Shown in pieces: positions 12,784 to 25,100 of a stretch of DNA of 62,000 nucleotides. The notes beneath the pieces are model-generated. The model ran no database searches. It was not told where the DNA came from and worked only from the letters and a program-made list of their open reading frames with translations. The stretch covers positions 2,333,285-2,395,284 of the forward strand of contig NC_057753.1 in assembly GCF_004010195.1 (NCBI RefSeq). The letters are read 5' to 3'. The stretch's first letter is position 1, and every line of letters starts with the position of its first letter. This DNA comes from Chiloscyllium plagiosum. Its lineage: Eukaryota. The translations under genes and the position numbers were made by a program.

Positions 12784-13682
12784 CTAACTTGGTTGTGATT
12801 GTGATCCTGTCTCGAAGAACATGCGGTCTCTCTGGCTGTGTCACTTATTACCTGGTGTCAATGGCAGCAACAGATCTACTGGTCGTAGTCACTGCAGTCC
12901 TCTTAAATCGGATTGCTGGGATTTATTTTCCAATGAGTTTCCTGTCCATCACTCCACTGTGCAGTTTGCGTTCTGCATTAATTTATACATTTATAGACAA
13001 TTCTGTCTGGTTAACAGTCACTTTTACCTTTGACCGATTTGTGGCCATTTCCTGCCAGAAGCTGAAAATACGATATTGCACTGAGACATTGGCAGCACGG
13101 GTCATAGGAATCGTGTCCACCCTGAGTTGTATTAAAAATGCCTTCTTATATTTTGTATATGAACCAATGTACATAATTAACAATATACCGTGGTTGTGCA
13201 GCCTTAAAGCTATATATTACTCGTCACCTGCGTGGGTTGCATATGATTGGATGTGGATCATTGGAACTCCCTGTCTCCCATTCATTTTGATTGTACTGCT
13301 CAATACCCTGACCGTTAGACATGTTCTCACCGCCAACAGAGCCCGCAGGAGAGTTTCGACTAAGAACAATGGAGAGAACCAGAGAGACCCAGAAGTAGAG
13401 AAGCGTCCAAAGTCTATTGTTTTACTTTTTGCCATCTCTTGCAATTTTATCCTACTCTATTTGTTTTTCATGACAACGACCCTCTATGTCCGAATTGGCA
13501 ATGTTTCTTATTTCTCTGTTTCTGATTCCAGTGAATCAACGTTCGTTCTTGAGGAATATGGGTTTATGCTTCAGCTTCTGAGTTCCTGTATCAACGCCTT
13601 CATTTATGTCGGAGTGCAGGCTAAATTTAGAGCAGAATTAATAAATGGTGTGAAATATTCATTACGGTTATTACGTAAGTAA
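12784..13682 (+). CDS. GPR139-like class A GPCR gene A, exon 2 (total 322 aa)
   Basis: Pyrimidine tract and TAG acceptor at 12781-83. Uninterrupted ORF with TM2 MAATDLL, C3.25, DRF, TM5 TPCLPF, TM7 SCINAFIY and helix 8 KFRAEL. Confidence 0.93.
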
Positions 13683-14389
13683 CTCAAACTATGACAATAG
13701 AACACATAGCCAAGGTGCCACTGGAAAGAGAAACAAGCAATTTATCAACACATTAGGAAAGTTATATATCAGTAAGTTGTGATATTCGGAGGTTTCCTCT
13801 CCATGTCCAGATTGCATATGAACCCGCTTCCAAGAAATTACATTGCTAAGTTCGATGAACGACTAGTCTCAGTGATTTTATTTTCAATTCCCAATTGTAT
13901 TCAGGGATATGTATGTTAGGTGCATTAATCAGGGGTAAATGTAGAGTATTAGGCTCGGGGAATGGTTTTGGGTGAGATGTTGATCGCAGGGTCGGTGTGG
14001 ACCTGTTGCTCTGAAGGTCCTGTTTCCACACTGCAGGGATTCCATGATTTTAAGATTTCTTTCAGCCGTGTTGTCACATGTGCGTTCTTATGAGCGTTCA
14101 TTGAGTTGACGATCACTGCAGAGTCATGTCAGACAATTAAGCAAAAGATATTGTACAAAGTTCCGCATATTTTGCCGGTACTGATAGTCCAAGTAGCTGC
14201 TATGACTTGGTACTGGTTTCGTACAATTTCCCTGTAAACCCACGAAAACCCCACTAAAATAATCATCCAATGCCAACTTCGTTCCATTGATTGATGATCC
14301 CTCGTCCACTATTCCGGTCGGTACATTCAGAAATTGACCAGTAGTTGTGTAATGAAGTATATTTCCTTCGACAACGTTAGCTTCATTTG

Positions 14390-14800
14390 CAAGTTCCCCT
14401 TAACCTTTGACCCCCTCCACCCTCTCCCCCATTCTTTATGCTTTTACACATGGGATGCTTTTATCCCTGTCTTTTCTGCCTGGACTGCACATGATGTTGA
14501 AATCATCTATTGTATGTCTTTTCAAATTTGTCCTCTTCAAGGGCTGTTGGCCCATTTCTCCAATCTGACTTTCAACTGAAGCTCTATATCCCGGGAACAT
14601 TGTCAAAATGACTGCGGAATTCTCTCCAATGTATTCCAACCGTCCCTCGACTGTTCACAGCTGTAACAGTATTTCGGCTGAGGTCTCACTAATGCCTTGA
14701 TAAAGTGTAACATTATCTCCTTTCTCTTGTATCTGTGATCGATGTAATAATTCCTAGGATTTTGTGTGCTGCACTCATAAAATGTGAATATCAAGTCTTT
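14390..14800 (-). mobile_element. Old CR1 3' fragment
   Basis: ORF 14603..14794 has KALVRPQPKYC, similar to the CR1 C-terminal LVRPHLEYC. Confidence 0.7.
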
Positions 14801-15859
14801 TTCACTCCTTTGAATCTATGAAGAATGTGTTTTAAAAATATCTTCCACAAGATAATCATGCTTTTCTCCTGTCTTATTACTTGCAGTTCTTGCTTCTCAG
14901 TCATTCAGTGCAATTCAAGAAAGTAATAATAGAACGAAAGAGGGCTGTAAATGTTTTTCCCTTTACATTATTGCAAGTCAATTTTCATTCTACGGTGACT
15001 AGGGTGAGAATGAGGCAACAATATGAGGTCTGTGGTAGTTGGTATTGCTGAATCCCAATGTCCAGTTGACAATTTTCCATTTGTATATGAATAGTGTTTA
15101 GATCCACCGTTTCGTGAACGCCCATTGTCATTTCACTTGTTTGTGCAAGTAGAGAAGCAACAGAATATTCCATTAACCGGTCAAAATGCATTTCTCAATC
15201 AGCAACAGGTTTTAAAAAATGCATTCTCGCCATTTGTTTCATTGTACCTTTATAAGTTTGTCATGTTCAAATTGACAACTATTGCTTCAGCCGCCTTCCA
15301 ATCCTGATCCATGCCGGTGGCACAACAGTCAAAGATATTATGGCTGTTCGCAAACAGATTTAAAACGTGTGCTCTTCAAATTTCCATGAAGAAAAAGCTA
15401 TAGGTAAATACTGAAAACGCAATTTCAATATTTTCTCATGAAGACCATCCTCGCATTAGACATTCCTGCAATTTTGGAAATATTATTTACATTTGCCTTT
15501 CGTCCAGGGACTTTGGAATATGTAAAACATTTCGGGTCTTGAACCGACTTGATTTGGAAAAGACTGACATAACATTTAGCATGTACAAGTAGAATTGGGC
15601 ATCATCAATACAACCATTCGGAAATAGTCATGTCAGCACTGAACATAATCCCGACTGAACTGAATATATCAGAAAATGCTGGCAATACAGAAAAAAGACC
15701 AGAAAACATCAGTGGAGAAAGAATAGCAGTTAACTCTTCAATGCTTCTTGTTACTCCTGCAATGGTTACTGTCCTCGATCAGTCATACTGTTCCAAAGTA
15801 AAGGCCTTTTAACATATTCAGCGTTGGGAAAATATGGCATCAACTGAAGCATTCTCCTG

Positions 15860-16500
15860 GAAATTATGGTAATAGATTTTACAATATCAGTGGTCATGCT
15901 GCAAGAGGTACATGGTCAGTTGAGACCAATGGCTTAGTTCTCACACATGAACACACTGGTGACGCTTCAGTACACAGCATGTGAAAGGAACTTATTGGTA
16001 GTGTTCTGGGCAGTACAAAAGTTAATCTACATTGTAGGCTTGAAACCATTGACAATTTTGATGAAACATCCACCCATCCCGATATGCATGGACGGATGTA
16101 CTAAAGGTGGCACCATTAGCTAAACATGATTGCTAGATGGATGCTGCTATTACAAGGGAGAAACATTGAGGTATAAGGGGTTAAATGTACTACTATGTGA
16201 GCAGATAATTGATTTACCAGGGGCCACTCCATGACTAAGGGTTGGTGATAGCAAATGATTCCAAGGCATCATTTGTAACAAAACAAACAGAGGGAAAAAC
16301 TTTTAAAAAGATCACAGGGAATATTCAAGACAGGAGACAGTTTGAGCCAGAAGTGGGGGAAATTTAGGAGAATTCCAGATCACCTGTGAACCATTTTATT
16401 GACAGCTCCTCATCAGTACAGAAAGGTCAACGGGACAGAAGGGTTGTGACCTCTATGCAGAGGATGAACAAAGAGGGGAAGTTGATGACATAGCAAACTG
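15860..16500 (+). mobile_element. Retrovirus-like pol fragment (tether plus start of RNase H), inverted paralog of ~25160-25870
   Basis: Reads LQEVHGQLRPMA..., CERNLLVVFWAVQK and FIDSSSS. DNA is homologous to the reverse complement of 25200-25800. Confidence 0.7.
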
Positions 16501-16699
16501 TCAAAGAACACGAGTGCCAAAGCAAATAAGATTGACAGAGCACCTTCTCTGTCGGAGGTGAGAGGATTTGTAACTGTCGATAGAAACACGCGACCATCCA
16601 TTTCCTTAATGTGATCCATGTTCAAAAAGGTGAAAATAAGAGAAAATGGAGTAATGAAAATAAAGGCTCATTACAAGTTATCACCAACCTCCAACATTG

Positions 16700-17290
16700 C
16701 ATTCTCATGGTCCTCAAAGTTTCGCAGTTTCCCCATGGTGGGAGCTTTTCTTGTGTCATCTGGGTTTATGACAAACAGAACGGGTACTCTTCCCACCAAG
16801 AGTGATGAGATTTTGATCCCCTAAGCTGAGTAAATGGGTTGAAACACTTTTCACTGTCAGCGCACCGAATCGCCCTCACTCGAGTCTCTCAGTATTCTTC
16901 CTGCTGGACCAGTATCCAAATATTCTCAAGCAGTCAAAACCAAACATTTCTTTACGATTTGAAACGCGCTGACATTCAACTCCAAATGATTCAAATGATG
17001 CTGTCAGAAGTTGATGCATCATTTTCTTTCAGGTTTCTTTCCAAGAATTCCTCCAAACAAAATCACCAAATAAGTGATCACAGTTGATCAAGTACAGTTG
17101 AACAAACATCACATAAATGGTATTTCCTGTAGATTGTCAGATGCCTGCTGACCACATATTATCCAGGACACAGAAACCTGAAAACCCTCTTGCAGCCAGT
17201 TAGCCTTTAGTATATCTGGAGAAAAACTTAATTTAGGTGACAATGACCTATAACAAGTTGCCTACAAAGGTACTGGAAATATAATTGAAT
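16700..17290 (-). pseudogene. C2H2 zinc-finger gene relic (start of the finger exon plus upstream intron)
   Basis: Direct homolog of 18770-19230 and 47140-47720. Minus strand gives APTMGKLRNFEDH, similar to MGKPWKC. Confidence 0.6.
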
Positions 17291-17309
17291 CGAGGATAAG
17301 AAAGGTAGG

Positions 17310-18720
17310 TTAATTGTTTAAAAGCTTACCTCAAGTGTCAGGAGCCTCCATTTGCAGCTGGAGCGAGGAACGGGGTGCTGCTGGGAAGGTAAATGAATTG
17401 TTTAAAAGCTTCCCTCTGGAATACGTGGAGCGCACACTGAGCAGGTGCGGACACAGGTTGGCTGGGTAAGTAAGGTAATATATTTGGGCGGTCGCTTTAC
17501 CTGAAACAGTACCCAAGTAGTGCCTCCCACTCATCCCCTTCCTTTAACTGAAAAAAAGGATTCTGTGCGCTGGCTTGGTAAGTTACGTTCTCTCTCGCTC
17601 GCGCTCGCGCTCTCTCATCCTCTCTCTCTCGTTCTCTCTCTCTTGCTCTCTAATAGTCTCTGAGGGAATTCGAACAGTGGGATTGGAGGTTAGAGCAGTT
17701 GAATGCTCCTCCCAATGAATCAAGTGGCTCTGTCAGAAGTTGATGTATCATTTGTTTTCAGATTTCTTTCCACATATCTTCCTGCAAAAATAAACTCACA
17801 AAATAAGTGATCACAGTCAGTACAGTTGAATCAACAGAACGTAGGTAGCAATTCCTGTAGATTGCCAGATGCCGGCGGATCACATATTACCCAGGACACA
17901 GAAACGGCAGATGGGTTTCAGTCAGGGTCACCACTAGTATCCCCACTGACTTCATACACGGCAAATTCACCCATCTCCAGCTCCTCAAGAACCACTTGAG
18001 GCAACTGTAACTGGGGATGGATGAACTTCGGATCATCCAGGAGGCAGCGGGGGTAATTGAAAGGAGTTACATGGAGGTAGTCGCACCTCAGATACAAGAA
18101 AAAAGACAGATGGGTTTTAATCAGGGAAAGAAAATGGAACTGGCACATGTGCAGGGGTCCCCTATGGCCGTTCTCCTCAATAACAAGTATACCATTTTGG
18201 GTACTTTTCGGGGAGACGACTTCCCAAGGTAAGCCATGGGGTACAGGTTTCTGGCACTGATTCTTTCCATGTTGTCAGAGGGAAGTGCTGGTGGTGGGGA
18301 GGTGGCGGAAGAGCAGATCATTTGTCATTGGGGACTCCATAGTCAGGGGAACGAACACAAGATTCTGTGGGAACGAGAGAGACTCACAGTTGGTGGGCGG
18401 CCTCGCACGTGCCAGAGTTCATGATGTCTCGGATTATGTTTTTTGGGATCCTAGAGGAGGAGGAGGAGCAGTCCCAAGTTGTGGTCAAGATAACACCAAC
18501 GACATAGTTAGGAAAAAGGACGGGGATTTAAGGCAGAAATTCAGGGAGCTAGAGTGGAAGCTTAGAGTTAGAACAAACACAGTTGTTATCTTTGCTTTGT
18601 TACCCAAGCCACTTGCTAGCGAGACGAGAAATAGGGAGAGAGAGGAGTTGAACATATGGCTACAGGGATGGTGCAGCAGGGAGGGATTCAGATACTTGGA
18701 TAGTTGGGGGTCATTCTAGG
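17310..18720 (+). mobile_element. CR1 LINE 5' UTR and ORF1 (SGNH/GDSL esterase) remnant
   Basis: ORF 18285..18719 has VIGDSIVRG...TNDI...LNIWLQGWCSREGFRYLD. Interrupted at ~17716-17915 by a zinc-finger-gene fragment. Confidence 0.88.
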
Positions 18721-20340
18721 TGAACGGGTCTGTGCATTTCCAGCACCGATGGGAAAGGGAATCCATTCCCACAGTCCCCAAATTTCCACACTTTTCCTGT
18801 GAGGGGAGCTTCCCTTGCGTTGCTCTGGGTTTCAGATGACAAGCACAATGGGCACATAGTCTTTCCCCACCAAGTGTGGTGAGATTTTGATCCCCCAAGC
18901 TGAGTAAATGGTTTGAAGCACTCTTCACAGTCATCACACTGAATCTCCCTCACTCGGGTCTCTCAGCATTCGTCCTGTCGCACTAATATCCAAAATCTCT
19001 TAAGCAGAATGGCTGCTGATGTTCAAGTCCAAATGAATCAAATGGCTCAGTCAGAAGTTGATGTATCATTTGTTTTCAGATTTCTTTCCACGTCTTCCTG
19101 CAAAAATAATCTCACAAAATAAGTGGTCACAGTCAGTACAGTTAAATGAATATAACATAGTTAGCAACTCCTGTAGATTGCCAGATGCCTGAAGATCACA
19201 AACTACCCAGATCACAGAAACGGCAGATGGGTTTCAGGCAGGGAATGAAAAGGGAACCGGAAGTTTGTGCAGGGGTCCTAGAGCAACGGAAGGAAAGTTC
19301 CCCTCAAGGAGAAACTGTACAAATGTGGGGACTGTGGGAAACCCATGGGCAGCCAGCTATCCTTATGGATACATGGACAAAAACTCATTTAGGTGAAATG
19401 ACTGGTAACGAGCTGCCTACAAAGGTGCTGGAACTGCAGCTGAATCACAGGCATGTTAATGAAATGTCAGGGCTGCTTGAGGAAAGAAAGCCAGTAAAGT
19501 TGCTGAATGACTTTCTGCTTCCCTATTAAATAAAAAAAAAACAAGAAATACAGGATGTTACTCCAATACGATATCAGTTGAAAAATAATAGCCATGAAAC
19601 GTTCACAACAGCGAATAATATCAGATATGCAACACATGAAGCAACATACATGCACATTTTATTTCAATGTGCCAATCCCTTAAAATTTGCTCAGTTATAT
19701 GAGAAATTATCCTATTAATAGTGACATGGGGAAAGAAGCAGTCCTTTATTTGGGTGAAAATTGTGTACGTTTCAAACTGAGGGATACAAAATGAAAATAC
19801 CGTAAAGAGGAACGCAGACTATCTCAGTACTTTTGTAGAGTCTGCTCCGTCCATGGATTCACTCAATTCTGACAAGTGAGCAGTGTCTCTCCACACACAC
19901 ACACCCACCTCCCCCACCCTCTCTCGCTCCCTCTCAGGATGAGGAATGGAAAAAGGGGCACATTGATTTGGTCCCATATATTGCCCAGATGAAAGGATTT
20001 TCCCTGTGTTACTGACAAGGCTACTTTCGCGTTGTGACGACCACAATTGGGCCGGGGCGGACAGTGGGCCTGCACTGTGCCTGCAACGCCCTGCAGCTGA
20101 GGCACGTGGGAAGGGGCAGAAACTTTGCAAACTCCCTTTGCTCTCCTCCAAGTCAATGCAGTTTGAGTTCAAGCATAGCAGGGGGTTACATTTCATCTTC
20201 ACACTCACAGAAAACATCCCCCTGTGTGAATCCAACACTTAATTCCCCCCACCATTCCATGGAAGTAGCGATTTGTGAGACACCATGTTTAGAAGTGTTA
20301 CCAAAGCTACTGTTAGGGAATTGGCAGAAACTGTTTCTTT
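18720..20340 (-). pseudogene. C2H2 zinc-finger pseudogene with upstream GC-rich promoter-like region (~20040-20110)
   Basis: ORF 18711..18953: CDDCEECFKPFTQL..H and KVWKFGDCGNGFPFPSVLEMHRPVH. Minus-strand acceptor TTTTTGCAG|GAAG at ~19100. Whole block is directly homologous to ~47090-48620. Confidence 0.72.
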
Positions 20341-21075
20341 TATAAATCATTTCAATTCAATCTCCACCATTAGTGGAGTGCTGTCAGCTGTCGAGGCCAT
20401 GAGCTCTGGAGTCCGTCCGTAAATCCCCTCTCTAAGATCCTCCTTCAAATCTAGCTCTTCGAATGCAGTTTCTGATTAATTTTGAAGGAACTATCGAGGC
20501 TTTACTACGTCAAAGTTTCAATATAAATGCAAGTTATTTTTTGTTATTGCCTTACATTAGGAGAACAGGAATTTCACATGAACATTTTGATTTCTCAGAC
20601 TATAATGTCCGCAGTCATAATTGGACTGTACACTTGAAAATGCCGTTCAATCAATAATAGATACAAGCATGACGTCAATCTCAGATTTGGCAGCACGATT
20701 CCAGAATTCCCCATTCTTCTTGATGTGTCGAAACCCATTTGTAGAGGGTCTCATGTTCCATGTTTCTGTAGTGGCCCATGCCTTTAGTTTGCAAAATGAC
20801 TGCCTGGAGCTTTTTAGCAGATTCAAAATGACTACAGATGCTTGACAGTTACATATGGCAGATGTTCACAGCCAGATTTGTGACCTCCAGACGGATCACC
20901 GGATAAGAAAATAAGAGAGAGAAGACAGGGTTGTGTCGTCTGGCGTTCCTCATAAGGGAGGCACAGATGAAAACCATTTCAGCAAAATAATGTAAAAGTT
21001 CCATTACTATAGAGCAGAAGGGGAAACTGGACCCACTTAATTAAAATGATTTCAGGAAATTGTAAATAATAAATA

Positions 21076-21077
<2 letters not shown>

Positions 21078-21122
<45 letters not shown>
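21078..21122. repeat. (CA)n microsatellite
   Basis: About 22 CA units. The inverted paralog at ~164-178 has only about 7 units. Confidence 0.97.
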
Positions 21123-21124
<2 letters not shown>

Positions 21125-22199
21125 TATATACATTCGTACAGTTATAGTGGTGATTTCAGTTTCAGTCTATCAGACTTTGGGGTATAAAGTTGCATTTCAG
21201 TACACAGGCAGTTTTAAGCGCACAAGTGTTTCTGATAGAAAGCATCCTATACGATGTGTTGAGCCATCTCTGGCAGTGCTGCTTTACAGCACCGGGGCAT
21301 ACGTTCGATTCAACACTTACGTGACTGTCTATATGGAGTTTGTATATTCTCCTAGTGTCTGCGCAGATTTGTTCTGATTACTTCCCAAAGTTCAAGAATG
21401 TGCAAATTAGATGACTTGGCCATGCTCAATTGCCCATTGTAAGCAGGAATGTGTAGGTTAATTACGATAATATTGGGAATTGCAGAGATACATGGATATG
21501 GTAGAGGATTGGGTCCGGGTGGGATTCTCTTCAGTGGCGCCATGTGGACTTAACTGGCCAAATGGCCTGCTTCCATACTGCTTCTATGATGAAATGTCTC
21601 GGAAAAACATGCCTAAATTTTATATTTGAGCAAGAATTAAAATAATTGTTTGATCCCACAAAAACCAAGATTCATTGGACAATTGTCATTGCATACTTTA
21701 GTATTGTGAAATGCAACTTATAAACATCCAGGAAGGGAGTTAATTGAGTTTTAGTGAAAACCCAACTGTACACCGGAAAAAAAGGCCTCCTCGCAGGGAA
21801 AACGAAGCGACAAATCGGGTCAGCAGCCAATCTCTTAGAGAACAGAAGAGATTTTAAAGCATGGAAAATAATCAATTGCAGCTCAAGTGCAGATCACTGA
21901 GTCCAATGATGAAGGGAAAGATGGCAGAAACTGAATTTCACCCTCAGCGATGAAATTCGAATCGGTGCTATCTCATTTAGTAAGAAGTTCCAGTCTAGGA
22001 TGGAGACAATAAAGTTTATTGACAAATAAACTTTCGCTTCAAATTAATTTGCAGCATGCAAACAGCAGGGGTCGTAAACTGTAGTTGCAAAACAGAGAGA
22101 CTGTGTTTGATCTCCCAGGATTGAGCAAAAGAGAAGCTGTCCTATATTTGTCAGGCTTGTTAAAGAACAATAACACGAAATGTAAATATATTACTTTAT

Positions 22200-25100
22200 A
22201 TTTGAACTGAAATTACAAATTTTGTAGCAATTTGCAGAAATTCACATTCATTTCTATTGTTTGAAATAAAGTGATTAGGGAATTTGGAATAATTCATCGT
22301 GGTAAGTTAGTACCTAGTTTATTAGCAATTAACTTGATTCAGCTGGTAAATGTCTGGGGAGGAGAATAACTGTCAAATGCATCGTAAGATCCGAAGGACT
22401 GATTATGGAGATGTCTGGTAGATATCATGAGATAATACGAGGATAAGGGTTGTCTATGGAGTTGTCCATCATGAATCCTGTGATTACATGATTGAATGTA
22501 TAGATTAGGGGTGTGTGGCTAATAATGGAATCAATGTTGCGTGGGATTATTTTAATGTGAAATGTACAAAACTGTTGTATTTGTTCGGGGACAGTCCTCT
22601 CAAATGTTAGGCTATAAAGGTCGATTTGTTCGACTGCACGCTGGACTCAAGAGTCCTCTTTGATATTTCTCTCTAAAAGTGTCCAAATTGGTCAGTGACT
22701 TGACATAAAATGCTGTACCTAATGATCTTTGCCCAATTTATCCTGCCCCATACCCCTGCAATTTCACATCCGTTTACCATCCAAAATGGTAATTCTATAA
22801 CCCTATACAGAGCACCTGCCGTCCTTAGTCTGGTCTCAGCCCAAAAAGGATGCGATGTTAAGTCTGAAGCCCTTTACTAGCCGAGCTTTACCGCTTGTAC
22901 CTCTGGGGTGCACAGTTTGTTATTACTATTACATTTTACTCCATTCTCCCTTTTCCTTTGGTTCCCTGTAGGAGGAATGTAATCAGAACAGCCCCAAGCC
23001 CAGCTTATTCAAAATATAGAGCTTTGGAAATTATCATCTCATTGGGTTGGCCTCTGAAAAAGAAACATAATTTCTGATCTTATTTGAATTTTATTGTCAT
23101 TTCTTTTCCTTTAATGAGTACATTATTTGCAAGTTCAATTTCTAAACCCTGTCGGCAATTCATGCAAATCGGTTGTCAGTTCTAATCGTTCATCCCTTCC
23201 TATAGGAGAAAGTGAGGTCTGCAGATGCTGGAGATCAGAGCTGAAAATGTGTTGCTGGAAAAGCGCAGCAGGTCAGGCAGCATCCAGGGAACAGGAGAAT
23301 CGACGTTTCGGGCATAGGCTTATGCCCGAAACATCCCTTCCTATAACCCCATGTCGGTTGTGGGGTTAACTACGTCAGTAAACATCCCGCCAAATTATTC
23401 TTTCTTTTCGTCTTTTGTTTTGTCTTACGACTTCGCAACAGCATTCAATTTATCGAGGCTTATGGGAGTGGTATGTTTAAAAGGGTAATACCTCCACCAT
23501 CTGGGGTGAGTGCTAATGTACGCATGGACAATCCAACCCAACATTGCCCAATTCTAGAATATCACGAACTCCCACTGTTACATGTTCATGATGATAGTTG
23601 TCATGTTTTCATCCAACGGGCATCAACATTTGTTTTGATATCATTAGCGGTTATTTAGGGCTGAAATTGCTTTATGTACTATGGGGCTCACGTTTTCTAT
23701 CACATCATATGGTCCTGCAAATCTCGGGTCCAGAAAAGAGGTATTTGGTGCACAGGGATCTGTACCTTTTTCCCAACTTGCAGTTCCACTGGTTTTGCCT
23801 TGGAGTCATAAGATGTGCTACTTTGCTGTAGATCCCTATCCATGATATTAGCAGCAACGTAGTTCAACACTTTTGCGCTCTCAGTCAGCTCTTGAATCCA
23901 TTTGTCTTTCATTAATCTGTCTACTTCTGCTGGCTCAGGTTTTATTCTAACAGTAGCTCCAGGTCACGCATTCTCCACCTGTCATTAGCCTATAGGGGCT
24001 AAATTTTGTAGAGGAGGCTACAATACTTGCTGCTATCATCAGGACATGAAGGATAACCATTAGACAAGTATTCTGACATTGCTGTGCCATTTTGGCTAGC
24101 ATGTTCTTCAGTGTTCTATTCATTCTCTCCATTATACCACTGAGTTATGCCCCAGGGTATGCAGAACCTTTGTTTAATCCCTTGCGGTGTCATGGCACTC
24201 TGCATTTAGTGGACCGTAAAATGCTTCTTTCTTGATCTGATTCTATACTCGTCAGTAAACTCTAAATATTAAAAAAAAACCCTCTCCAACAATGTTGGCA
24301 GAATCTTAGTAATGTTAGTTCAAGTAGGAAACTCCTCTACCCATTTGGTGATTTTTATCTATTATCACCAGAATATGCTTATGTTGTCCCGTGATAAAGG
24401 TAGTGGAAACACAAAGTCAATTTGTAGATTGTATGCAGGGCCCCTCGACTGACCTTGTGGATCTAAAAACTCCTTTCTTAATATTTCTGTTGGTATTACT
24501 TTGGGCAATTATTAGATTTTTTTATGGAATGTTCCATGCCGCCTTTATTCGTGGCCACCAAAATGCCTCTTTCTACCTCAGCATAATGTTCTTCCACCTC
24601 GATATCCACATATAGTGGTACAAATAAGTTACCCGATTCCTTTCTCCCCGTCGTGCTACAAATTTCCTTCAACACAACACTACACCCTCCTTCCCATGCA
24701 TGCTCTTTTAGACACTCATATTTCTCTGATTCTTTCCCTTTCAATACTTTTTACGCAAACATTTCATTTTTCTTGTATCTCTTGCCAAATCAATTAGAAC
24801 CAGCTCTTTCACTTGCTGCACTTCTATTCCTTCAATCTGTAGCGGGGATTCCTCTTCAGTTGTTACCTTTTTTTTGGCTCATCGATCTCGTGATAACTTA
24901 GAATGAGCCTTTACTTTCATTCCTCAATGATCTCGTTCTTTCACAGTTTTGAAAATGTATCGCAGTAAGGGGGCAGATTGTCGGATATTTCCATCAACTA
25001 ATACATATTCTTACGCATCCCATACAGAAGGTATTCTTTCAAATTGTTGCACACATGCATAGATAACAGATCCTGTGCGATACTGTTCCGGGTACTCACC

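Noticed and set aside
12789..13682. Treating the 297-aa ORFs (and 27609-28502) as single-exon genes
   Set aside because: They lack the first half of TM1. Canonical acceptors and matching 70-nt phase-1 first exons show a two-exon structure.
10578..13682. Assigning the symbol GPR139
   Set aside because: Similarity is at family level only and there are multiple paralogs. Orthology cannot be shown without a phylogeny.
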